This document shows, piece by piece, positions 27,337 to 38,403 of a stretch of 64,000 bases of DNA. Under the pieces are notes generated by a model. It did no database searches. It had not been told where the DNA came from and saw nothing but the letters and a program-made list of their open reading frames with translations. How positions within the stretch are numbered: position 1 is the stretch's first letter; each line of letters starts with the position of its first letter. A program made the position numbers and the translations under genes. The stretch covers positions 45,012,001 through 45,076,000 of the forward strand of contig CM060734.1 of assembly GCA_030704615.1 (NCBI GenBank), read 5' to 3'. Source of the DNA: Takakia lepidozioides (Eukaryota > Plantae > Bryophyta).

Positions 27337-28778
27337 ATGCCTGTCACTACTCGGTCTGGCAAGGAGCCCCGGAATATGCTGGATGAGTTGCATGATGTGG
27401 ATCTTACTGATGATGTGAAAGTTGATGGTGACGCTCTTCCTGATCCTATGTCTGAAACCTTGTCTCCTGAGGAGCCACTGCCAGGTGATGATACTAGGCC
27501 GACCCAAGGGGTCCCTCCAGTCTCTGGTAATGTGCCTAACCTGAACATTCAGGGCATTTGTGATGCTATGGCTACGTTGTCTAGTTGTCCAGCTCTTATG
27601 CAGCTCCTTTCGGATAAACAAGTAGGTTCGCCCTCAGTTACCAAGCTCAAGGAGGTCCATCGTGCTCACAAACGGCCTTATCCTGACTATGAGGTAGGCC
27701 AAGACTTTGACAACTTCCTCAATTTTTTTTGAGATGAGTGTTAAATTCAAAGAGCTGCCAGCTTCTATGATTACTGATTCATTTCGTTTTTGTCTCAAAG
27801 GTAGGCTCGTGACCTCTTTGAAGCTAGTATCAAGGATCAGGGTGAGTTGCGATGGGGAGTGGCCAAGCATTTGGCACTTCAGTTATTTCGTGCAGACATG
27901 TCCATCAATTACACCATGCCCGATCGTCCTTATCAACCTGGTGAGAGTATCTGGAAATACTACACTGACTTGAAAACCATGGTGGTCAAGGCCATTCCGG
28001 TACCTTCTGAACACACTGCCATCCTTAAAACCTACTTCATTACCGTATTGCCTGCCTCTGATCAAGTCTACCTACATGGTGGAGTGTGTCATCCTCAAGG
28101 TGAAGGCGGCAGACTCCTCCCTGCTCAAGAATGCCATGGCGGACCTCAACTCGTAAGATTCTCATACCCTCCCAAGCACATCCGAAATGCGGTGCCGCAT
28201 TTCGGTTTCCAATCAGTTTTGTTTCCGTGCTTCAGTGGAGTGAACCGGAGAGTGTGCCTTGCAGGGTCACTGAAAATGCTTATGTGCATACGCACATGGC
28301 ACATATGTTGTACAGGGTGAGGAACTTTGCCAAGGATCGACGACCTTTTCGATCGGTTGGCAGGAGCGAAGTATTTCAGCCGGATCGATTTGCGCTCTAG
28401 CTATCATCAAATTCGAGTGGCGGAAGGAGATGAGGAGAAGACCGCGTGCAGGACAAGGTATGGTTCATATGAGTTCTTGGTGATGCCTTTTGGACTCACC
28501 AACACTCCCGCGACCTTTAGCACGCTGATGAACAGCCTTTTCCAGGAGTGGTTGGATGACTTTGTGATCGTGTATTCGAAAACAAAGGAGGAGCACCTGG
28601 AGCACCTCACAATGAGAGACATATGGTAGAGATGATGGATGAATGCATGCGGTTTAAGAATGCTAAACTAGACAAAGGCTGTCTATCTGTTGTTCATTCT
28701 GCTGATAAACATACTTCCGACTGTTCTCATGGGGTTGCCATGGTTAAGGGTGGCTCTACAGAGGCCTCTCCTACATTC
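27337..28778 (+). pseudogene. gag, frameshifted and interrupted by a foreign insert
   Basis: MPVTTRSG start; YEVGQDFDNFLNFFE; YQPGESIWKYYTDLKTMVVKA..ILKTYFITVLP (major-homology-region-like); resumes at ~28610 with EMMDECMRF. Confidence 0.8.
28326..28608 (+). mobile_element. Inserted RT fragment from an unrelated, chromovirus-like gypsy element
   Basis: [59 protein letters not shown] differs from the host RT at 30400-30800; YxDD region deleted. Confidence 0.85.
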
Positions 28779-29870
28779 AAGATAATGACCTTGTGGACAA
28801 AGAAAGGTGAGGCCAAGAGAAACAATCTTTTGGAGGAGGAAGGTATGACAAAGTCAGCGGGATTGCGAAGAAGAGTGGTGTTACCTGGGATTGGAATGGG
28901 AGGGCCACTCTTCTTACCAAGCAAAGGTGGCTACCATTGATACAGGGTGAAGGGAGCCGTCTTGGCAAAGTTAAAGTAGCGTGTCAAGTTGTATTGCTCA
29001 CCTGCATGCGGCTTTGTTTCAACAACAATGGTGCGCATGTGGGAGAGATGTGCAGTGGCACAACCAGCAGGCAAGGAGACAGAGTTGAGCTGCACCTTGT
29101 GGGGGGAGGAGCTGCCACTGGCAAGCCACATGATGTTTTCAACCACATCAATCTTTGCCCCTGCAGCACACATCCAATCCAAGCCTAACAGCAACTGCTC
29201 ACCAATGGTGATGATACAAGTCAGTGTGACCGACTTGCAACTGACCTTAATGGGGATGGTGACCAAACCTAGGGGTTCATAACGTATGCCATCTGCAATG
29301 GTCCTGCAGACCCTTGGCTGGAGTGAGTTTGAGACCAAGTAGTCGAACCACGGACAATGGAACAGTAGACATGGTACAGCCTGTGTCAACAACACATGAA
29401 AACGAGAGGTGTCATATGTGACATTGAGTCATGAGAGGGTGCACTCTCTCCTTCTTAAGCTTTCTATTGGCTTCACAATGCATCAATTTGAATTATTGGA
29501 CAACATTACAGAAACAATGGAGTCATCCTTCGCAGGATGTGTGGGATACTGACCGCTTGGCCCCTTCACAAGCGATCTGGTTCGTTTAAAGGCGGTTTGC
29601 CCCTCTGTTCGCGTTGAATGCGTTTGTGTTCTTCAATCATACCAGGGACAAGAGCGGCATAGGTGCAGAAGCGGGTCCAGTGCTCAAGTGACCCACAAAT
29701 GAAACAAGCCACACATTTACCTTGAACCTCATACCGTGGGCCAGTCTGAGTGTGGCCACAATGAGAGTCAGTAGGAGGAGGCTTGGCAGGTGCGGCCCTC
29801 CAGGATCCTTCTGCCCTTACAGCCTGAAGCTGAGTATGCAGCTCTTGTTGTAGGTTTTTAACTTCTGGTG
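28779..29870 (-). pseudogene. Inverted internal segment: gag C-terminus with zinc knuckle, aspartic protease, dUTPase N-half
   Basis: Minus strand reads CFICGSLEHWTRFC; FSCVVDTGCTMS (DTG at 29387-29379); LLLGLDWM; LRNPADFVIPSSSK, frameshift, IVSLGLTFLCPQGHYL. Confidence 0.85.
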
Positions 29871-31420
29871 GAAACGTTTGATGTTTTCCAAACATTGTTT
29901 GATTGCATCTGGGGTGCTGGATTGGGGCTTTCGAGGGGAGCTCAGACCTCTTGTTGCCAACCCAAAACGCTTACCTATCACCATCCGCAAGGGTCAGGTC
30001 CTCGCTCGACTCAATGCCACCCCATTGACAGATTTAGGAGAGGTGCAACATGCTTTAAGTTTTGCTAACATTGGCCTGTCTGATGATCCTGTAGATCAAT
30101 TGCATCTCTTAGCACAATCTGTCGTTGCACCCCAGGTCAGTCCCCTCACTCCTGCGCAATCTGCTCATCTTGATCAAGTCCTAACTGATATCAAAATAGG
30201 CTCTGGTCTCACTGAAAATGAGAGGTCTTGTTTATATCGTATTATTCGTGACAATCTTGATGTTTTCAATGCTGGTTCTCATGATTTGGGACGTACCGAG
30301 GTTCTTCATCATGACATTATCACTGAAGGTAGCCCTGTCAAACAGTATGCTTATAGAGAGAGCGTCAAAGAACGCAAAATTATGCAAATCAAACTGACCA
30401 AGATGCTGGATGCAGGAGTTATTAAACCCTCTATTTCCCCCTGGGCTAGCCCCATCGTGTTGGTTGCCAAAAAAGATGGTACCACCCGTTTCTGTGTTGA
30501 TTTCCGACGTCTCAATGTCCTAACCAAAAAAGATGTATATCATTTACCTCGCATTAATGATACTTTGGATCAACTCAATGGTGCCACTCTCTTCTCTTCC
30601 TTGGATCTTGCTGCGGGTTTTCCACTCACAGAGTCAGCCAAGGAGAAAACTGCGTTTACCTATAAGATGGGCCTCTTTCAGTTTGAAACCATGTCCTTTG
30701 GATTATGTAATGCCACTGCCACCTTTCAACATCTCATGGATGTTGTTCTAGGGAACTTGCGCTGGGAATATGCATTGGTATATGTTGATGACATCAACGT
30801 TTACTCAGCTGACTTTGATTCTCACATGCTGGATCTGAAGCACGTTTTGTGCAGACTTAGAGGAGCAGGTCTCAAAGTGAAAGCCAAGAAATGTGACATG
30901 TGCATGACGGAGCTTCATTTTCTTTGCCACCTTCTCTCAGCCCAAGGCATTAGCCCTGACCCTGCCAAAATTCAGGCTGTCTGGGAATATCCTACTCCAC
31001 GTGACAAAAAATGTGTCCGTGCTTTTCTTGGATTAGTCTCTTACTATCGTCGTTTCATTAAACACTTTGCTCACATTGCCGTTGCGCTTAATCGGTTGTT
31101 ATGCAAAGATGTTCGCTTTCTTTGGGGCAAGTCCCGCCTATGCTTCCAGGCGGCTTGACAAACATGAAAAGAACTATAGTATCACTGACAAAGAAGGCAT
31201 TGCAGTCATTTTTGGGGTAAAACGTTTCCGGCAGTATCTCCATGGCTGCCCCTTTGTTATTCAGATTGATCATCTTCCATTGAAGGCTCTCAAAACCCCA
31301 CGAGCACTCTCGGGACGCTTGGCTCGGTGGTCACTTACTCTTCAAATGTTTGAGTACGACATTGAGTATAAGAAGGGCAAAGCCAACAACAATGCTGACG
31401 CTCTCACACGCACGGAGACT
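29871..31420 (+). pseudogene. pol: dUTPase C-half, reverse transcriptase, RNase H (partly deleted)
   Basis: GVLDWGFRGELRPLVAN..ITIRKGQVLARL; SPWASPIVLVAKKDGTTRFCVDFRRLN; YVDD; FLGLVSYYRRFI; AYASRRL..EKNYSITDKE..DHLPL..ADALTR. Confidence 0.93.
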
Positions 31421-31859
31421 AAGTCCTCTGACATTACCTTAGATGACCTTGCACACTGCTTACCATCTGGTGCTTCACCCTTGCTTTCTTCCTCTCCTGA
31501 CGGGTCCGATTTACTTGCTTTGTTTGTCACTGTTCCTTTTCTTCCACCTGATCTCATGTCTGAATGGGATTTGCTCTCCTTTTCTGCTGGTTGAAGTTGG
31601 TTTAGAGTGCTTTACTGTCACTGCGGTCATATTCTAGGTATGATATCACTCTCTCTTCTCTGATTGAACTGTCCATTTCTCCTTCTAGTTCTGGTTTTGG
31701 GCACTGAATCCTCTCCATAGGGAAATCTGCTTCTGTGCTTCATTGTCCTTGGTTGCATCTTCATGAAGTCTCCCTTGTCATTTAGTTGAGCTGAAAGCCT
31801 TCCTCGGAGATCACTGAGGTGGACACTCCGATAGGCTCACATTAACCCAAGGGCTGGCT

Positions 31860-33221
31860 ATGGCAGCTGCAACCATGGAGGACCTACTTCACCAAGCCCT
31901 CCTCCAGAAGTGTAAGACCAACACTCATCTGTTGGGCCTCTCTTCCCGTCTCCTCAGGCAAGTCAACTATCATCTCCCCTCTCATCGGGAGCATGAAGGT
32001 AAGTTGCTTAAGGTAGTTCATGTTCATGGGCAAGAGACTGCCGTGGAGGTCCCTACTAGGAGCTCTATGCATGCGTTGCTTGAGCTTTACCATTGCTCAC
32101 TATATGTTGGTCATCTAGGCATTGACAAAACTGTCAAGCGACTCCAGGAAAAGTACCATTGGAAGGGGTTAACTAAGGATGTGGCATATTTCATTTCTAA
32201 GTGTGTTCCGTGTAAGTCTAAATCACTGCTACCTAGGACCATAGCTCCTCTTAAATTACAACCAATTCCGGTGACTGAGATGTTTGCTCGAGTTGGTCTT
32301 GATCTTGTTGGACCCCTCAGAACTACGACTAAGGGCAATAGCTACATTGGTGTGGCTAGTGATTACTTGTCTAAGTGGGTTGAGATCCGACCGTTGGTTG
32401 CTAAGGATAGTGATGAGGTGGTTCAATTATCCTTTGATGAAATCCTGCTACGCCATGGTTGTCCCATTGAAATTTTAACTGATCAGGGTACAGAATTTTG
32501 TAATCAGCTAATGGAGGTTGTGTGCTTTAATTGAGATGTCAAGCATCGCTTGACTGCTCCTTACAACCCCCAGTGCAACGGGCTTACAGAGAGGTTCAAC
32601 AAAACCATGTGCCAATTGTTAGAAAAGAACGGGGCTCTCACTGAAGAATGGGATGTTACTCTACCCATTCTCATATTTGCCTACAAGACCTCGGTACATG
32701 CCAGCACTCGCTTTTCCCCTTTTGAATTATTGTATGGCCGCAAGGCTCGCACCCCTCTTCATGTCCCTGTGCTTCAAACTCAGGTTGAGGAGTCCATCAT
32801 ATGGGAAGACTTTCTTACTCACCTCATTTCTCATCGTTTACGTTTATTAGATACTGCTAAACACAATATTCAGGTTTCTCAAGTTGCTCAGGCTAGAAAT
32901 TATAACCGTAGGGTTGTTTACTCTGAAATTTTTTCTCTAGGCCAAACTATTTGTGTTCGATTGCAGCCTGGCAAGCAGGTCACCAAATCCAAGATGTGGA
33001 TTGATGGGCCTTATCTGATTCATGCGATTCTGCCTGGTCGACAGTACCGTCTTCTTCCTCAGCATCCTTCTACGGCAGAGATTGCAGGGACAGTTCATGT
33101 TTCTCAACTGGTCCCTTCTAAGCTGCAGTTTGATTTGACCTGCCTCAATGTGGAGAATCGGCATGTGGTTTTAACTCTGAAAAAGCGTGCTCGGCTTGAT
33201 TCTGATTCAATTGCTACCTAG
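31860..33221 (+). pseudogene. pol: DDE integrase with HHCC and GPY/F modules
   Basis: HCSLYVGHLG..CVPC; GLDLVGPL; ILTDQGTEF; PQCNGLTERFN; GPYLI; one in-frame stop at 32532-32534. Confidence 0.93.
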
Positions 33222-33488
33222 ACTTCCTCATGACACTGTCTTTTATTCAGCTGCTCCCTACATAGGATCTCTCTCCGTTTTCTTTGTAGTTCTCCAGGTT
33301 GCACACCTCACAAGATAGGGTTTTTCCACAACAAGGTTTTGTCCTTCGCTCAAATTGCAGAGCAAGGTTTTCCTTGTTGCGATTTTTTTCATCCTATCTT
33401 GGTGTGACCTTGAGTAACATTGCTCCCTGTCTTGAGCAGAGTGTTTTTTTAGCTAGCTCACTGGAGCTCGCTTCTCTGTGTGCCAGGA

Positions 33489-33929
33489 GGCTTTACATAT
33501 GTAATGGCCAGATTCCTTCTACCTACCTTTTCGACATTTGGATGAACAGATGTTGGATGATGACCGTTGAAAAAGGGCTTGGATGAAACTAGCTGGAAAC
33601 AACCTATTTTTAAACTAAGTATTGTCTTATGTTAATAGCTAGTTTATCTCTAAAATAGAAGGAGGTGGCGTCCTATCTGGACAGACACCCGGATGGCATC
33701 CAAGTGACCAATCAGGGCTTGCCACTTGGTTAGATGAGATTGTGGCCTTTGTTTATAAAAGAGATCAACACGATGCTTAAGGCGGCGGTGTACGTTTGGT
33801 GTGTAAACCCTACTGTACCTGTGTGTGAGTTTTGGATGAAGAAGGTGTGGGCGAGGAACACATCCCCCTGATAGCTCAATACCCGTAGAGGAAGAGGAAT
33901 AACGGGGTGGGCGAGAATCTGGCTTTACA
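33489..33929 (+). repeat. 3' LTR with duplicated 9-mer: GGCTTTACA-TA-core-GGCTTTACA
   Basis: GGCTTTACA at 33489-33497 and 33921-33929; core 33500-33920 matches the 5' LTR. Confidence 0.93.
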
Positions 33930-34727
33930 ATGCCAAATTGTTTAAGTTTGCGGACATTTGAGCTATGGCAAAAATATTTGTGTTCACGTGAGTTCAACTT
34001 TGGACACTTAGTGAACGGTTTTCATAAGATTTTGGATACTTTTATAAGCTTATAGGTAATGTAAGTAAGTTCCTCACTATATGGATTTGCTAAATTATAG
34101 TTTTTGGTATGGCCCGCTTTGGAAGGTCTAAATATGCTTGTTATGGCTTGTGGTGTCAACCACTGTTGTACTAGTATGTCCATTTGACATACCATATTGG
34201 TCCTAGTATGCCTAATGGACCTCTAAGGCCAAGATGGTAGATCCACATTGGCGTGGGTAGGGTACCTGGCTGGTATGAGTATTGCCATGTGGGACATACT
34301 AGGATTCCAGGTAGGAGTAGGTCTGAAATTGAATTCACGTAATGGGGTGGTATGTATTAGGGTATGTTTAAGCCCCACATGCATCAATGATACAACACTG
34401 ACAAGTGGAAAAAAGACCAAAGATAAAGATAGGTTCGAGTAAATAAAATAAAAATGAACTTCTTAACTTCACCGCCACGGGGCGCCCTAACATCATAATG
34501 CCTACCCTCCCATCTTCAAATGCTGGCCCCTCAATACTGGTCTCAATCGCAACATCGCCGGTACGGTTTGTAGGTGATTAGATCTTTCTCCCTAAACCCT
34601 AGGTTCTAAAGACAACCGGGTATTTGCTCAATGACACCCCCCAATGGTTGATCCTTTGAGACCTTTACTCAGACCCGGGCACATACCCAAGTCAATGGGC
34701 ACATACCAGAACAACATTGGTGTCAAC

Positions 34728-35526
34728 CAGTGTTGGGCGGTTAACCGGACTGACCCTGGTTAACCGGCGGGTCAGGTTCCGGTTATTAAGAACCTAACCG
34801 GAACCGGAACCAGTTGGGAGACCCGGAACCGAAACCGGCCCCAGATTTTGGCTTTGATGGAACCGGAACCGGCGGTTCCTAGTGGGTCAGTAACCGCCAC
34901 TAACCAGAACCGGGAGCAGGGAGATGGGTAGGTTCCGGTTCGCGCAGTTATGTGTATGTCCCTAATGCCGACCCGCCAGGCAGCCGCCAGCCACATCAAG
35001 TCGGCCGTGCTGCTGCTGGTTGGGTATTTGTGCCTTGCCTGGGTGGTCCTGGGTTCAATCCTTGAACATGTGCCTTCAGCTGTCCATTGTCCATTGGCAC
35101 CTTGATGGGCTGCGTGTTGAGCAGTAGGCTCTGTAAATTCCCTAGAAACTCTACCTTTATCTGTAGTTCATAATTTTTACCGGGCAGGGACTCCGGCCCG
35201 CCAGCCATTGCCACAGCAAATGTCTATTTTGTAGGAAAACATACTAACATTTCTTTCACCAATAGGACATTAACTTTCCAGAGGAAAATTGGTTTTTAAT
35301 TCCCTTTAATAATTTAATAATATAACCGAACCCTTAACCGGAACCGGCAACTTTTTCCAGCAAATAACCGGAACCGGAACCATCCTAATGTTCAAGAACC
35401 GGAACAGAACCGGAACCGCCTTTTTTTCATCCCTAATAACCGCCCCGGAACCGGAACCGTAATTTAAACCCTACCCTAGGACCGGAACCGGAGGTTCTTG
35501 AAAAAAGCAAGAACCGCCCAACACTG
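34728..35526. mobile_element. Non-autonomous hAT element (MITE)
   Basis: Perfect 15-bp TIR CAGTGTTGGGCGGTT; 8-bp TSD GTGTCAAC (34720-34727 and 35527-35534); many subterminal AACCGG repeats. Confidence 0.93.
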
Positions 35527-38403
35527 GTGTCAACCCTCACAAAAACATATACAAAACATGGTTTCATATGAAATTTTTGGCATTTGAACTATATATTGAA
35601 AATTTGGGGTAGTCATTTTGAAAAATTCGAAAAGTCCCTCAACATGCTTGGTCAAAGCAAAGAAAGATCTTTTCTAAACCCCAAAAAAGAGATGCTCCCT
35701 AGAATAACGCTATAATATCTCAAATTCAACTCTGAAAATTCCTAAAATTTGGGGAGATGGTGCAAGGGCCACGTAGGTATGTACATGTACAGTCATTTTT
35801 AGTGGATGAATGTTGGTAGGTGGGTAGCCTCATGTTACTTCTAAGGGATAGTAATTTTTAGGAGTGAAAAAATTGCATCTTCTGGGAAGTTAAGGGTTTA
35901 ATAGAGTGCAAATCTATGAAATTTTATGTGGAGATAGCTATGTATATATGAATATAATTCAATGATTCATTTTTACAGATCTAATCCTTTGCAAAGATAT
36001 GGCCAAAGAGATGACTTCCGGTCATGAATCTGCAGTGATGTTGCTTGATACATTAGGGTCGAATTGGACAGATGCCCAAGGAGGCAAAATTATGGTGTCT
36101 CTTGACCCCGAAGGGCTACTACCTTCCTGTGGGAATTGGGACACCTTTGTGACACTAATCCGTGGATTGAACTACAACCCCACTTCATTCACTGGGCATC
36201 TCCCCCATGCTTCAAAACAAGTCATCACAGCTCTTCCACACATGTATATAGAGAGTTGTCACAACTAACACTTTTACACACCACCAGCTTATTGCACTGC
36301 GTCCGGAGTGGTTCTGGGCTCAAACCTTGCTACCTAGTTGTGTGTGGTATTATATTCTCGCCCTTACCATGCACAGAGAAATTGCTGGCATGCTAGAACT
36401 TGGACAATGATATGAACTGCCATAGTGAAGAGTTTGATTCACACAGGAGCAGCGACAAGACAATAAGGTAAAGCTCTCTTGGGTTATGATGCACAATAAG
36501 ATGAAGTGCCAAAGAAATAGGGAGAGAAGAGACAAGGGTGACACCAGAAAGCTGCAGGCAACTCAAGGATACAATATTTTAGCTGGGCATCGGACCAACA
36601 GTAGCCTCGACACGGTTCAGACTTCAGACCAGTGCCTGTCGGTAAACAACGGGAAATCCGCACGCGCTTAGATCACCTGAACACTCAGTGCCTTCGTGTT
36701 AGCGGAGATGAAGAAGGATACTTGCTCCAGTTGAAATGGGAATTGCATCGAAGGCCGACGTCCAAACTGCGAGTTTGCCAATTTGCTCCTCCTCTCACTT
36801 CAACGCCTGATGTGGGCGCCCAGCTTGCGAGAGCCTTGTCACAGAGTAGTCAGGTACTAAGTTTAGTACTTGTCTAGTTTCAAAGCTTGGAGCAAATCGA
36901 TTCTGAATTAGACAAGTTTTGAGACATAGCAATTGCGACTCATCTCTGCTTGTCATTCCACAGTCCCGATCCTCTCAATTCAGCAGCTGGCCAGTGCGGC
37001 CATCTACTAAGGAATTCAGTGAGGATAGTAATATATCTGGACAGGAAAAGGCTCTTGGTTATGGTGGAGTGATCTCTCCTCTCTCGCTCTTCCCCTCCCA
37101 CGTGGGTCTTTCATTTGTCTTAAGTCTGCCTTCTTCCTCACTCTCTTGGTGGGGTTTAGCTGGCCACGTGAACTCAAGGAGTCCAGTCTACATGGCGACA
37201 TCCTATGAAAGCTCCAGTTCCTCTACTATTGTGAGTCCAGTTTCTCCGGCCTGGCCCCTGGCGTCTCTCGATGGAAACCATGCAGGAAATCTCAGGTATG
37301 CTTCCAGCTGATGCGTCCTCTGCACCTTGCAATTAACTCACTCCTCCTTCTTTCTCTGCCAAAAGAAGACGACTTCAGCTATGAGGGCCTCGAATGCTTA
37401 GCGACTTACCGTGTGCACCGTTTGGGAGTCGATTTCTTCATGGTTTTAGTGGTTCCACTGTGCTGTTCTCATGGACCCTCTGGGCTTCCATAGACGTAAT
37501 TTCTTCGAACTTCCTTCTTCTGTCCTTTAACAATAAGGTGCTCCTCACTCCTTAGATTCACCAAGAGATTTAATTGGACTTTGCTGGGAGCCCCACATTT
37601 TAGGGGCTATCTGCTCAAATATCCTTCCCGCACATTGTTGCAATTGGCAGCAAACATGGCATGGAACACCATGGCATGTCTCTTCCTCGAACTTCTTATG
37701 AACCACAGATAGCCACTTCTTTGCCCTCCTCTGTCAATCGCAGCTCTTTCTGCATCTAACTAGAGATCAAACTGACCTGTATCTGAGTCAGCTTGCTCTA
37801 CACAAAGCTCAGTTAGGCCATTCATGAAAACATACAATTGAGACCTTAATGGCATATGCAGATCATTTCTATACTTTAACAAGCTAAAGCCTGTGTCCCT
37901 CCCACTGTCAGCTGAGAACTTTCAACTGGGCTATGGTACATATTTGAAACTTGTGGGTGCCTGACAATCGCATCTCATTATCCATCATCCTTTGTCTGTC
38001 AAGGGGCTACATGTGCCACCTCACTGCAGGCATCCATTTAAGCCCCATAAAGCAGGAACTGACGAAGAAAAGAAACAAAGGCGAGTGACTTTGGAGTACT
38101 TGTCTTTTTAACCACATCACCAGCTTAAGCCCATGAGTGGTAGTATAAAATCAGCATTGGTAAACACAGGGCACCTTCAAGAAATATGAGTTTTACCCAC
38201 TGACATACCCATTACCTTACGATCTACATAGCTGATCTCCGATTAGTTTATCACAAGCCATCACTGCGTGATAAAGGGATGCCAAGCGGTCTTTGCAGAC
38301 TCACAGTGACCCATAATTGAAAGCATGTGCGAAGAGTGGTAGGGTGTCAACTCCTGCCTTTTCCCTCTTGTGAAGCACTGGATGTATTTGATACTGCAGG
38401 TCA

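Larger units (their letters stand above)
25699..33929 (+). mobile_element. Full-length defective Ty3/gypsy-type LTR retrotransposon: extra ORF-gag-ZnK-PR-dUTPase-RT-RH-IN
   Basis: TG..CA termini, direct repeats 25699-26198 and 33500-33929, 4-bp TSD ATGC (25695-25698 and 33930-33933), gypsy domain order RT-RH-IN. Confidence 0.95.

Noticed and set aside
25699-33929. DIRS/Ngaro tyrosine-recombinase element, suggested by the split repeats
   Set aside because: No recognisable tyrosine recombinase; it has an aspartic protease, an HHCC-DDE-GPY integrase, a tRNA PBS and a TSD
24468-34386. Older solo LTR (TGAT..ATCA) hosting the gypsy element
   Set aside because: No matching TSD and only a 4-bp terminal match
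35999-36268. 89-aa ORF as a first exon of the EDS1-like gene
   Set aside because: No family similarity; the ATG at 38404 already gives a normal-length N-terminus
36690-37900. Possible LINE ORF1 or other gene remnant on the minus strand
   Set aside because: Multiple stops in all frames and no diagnostic motif I can support
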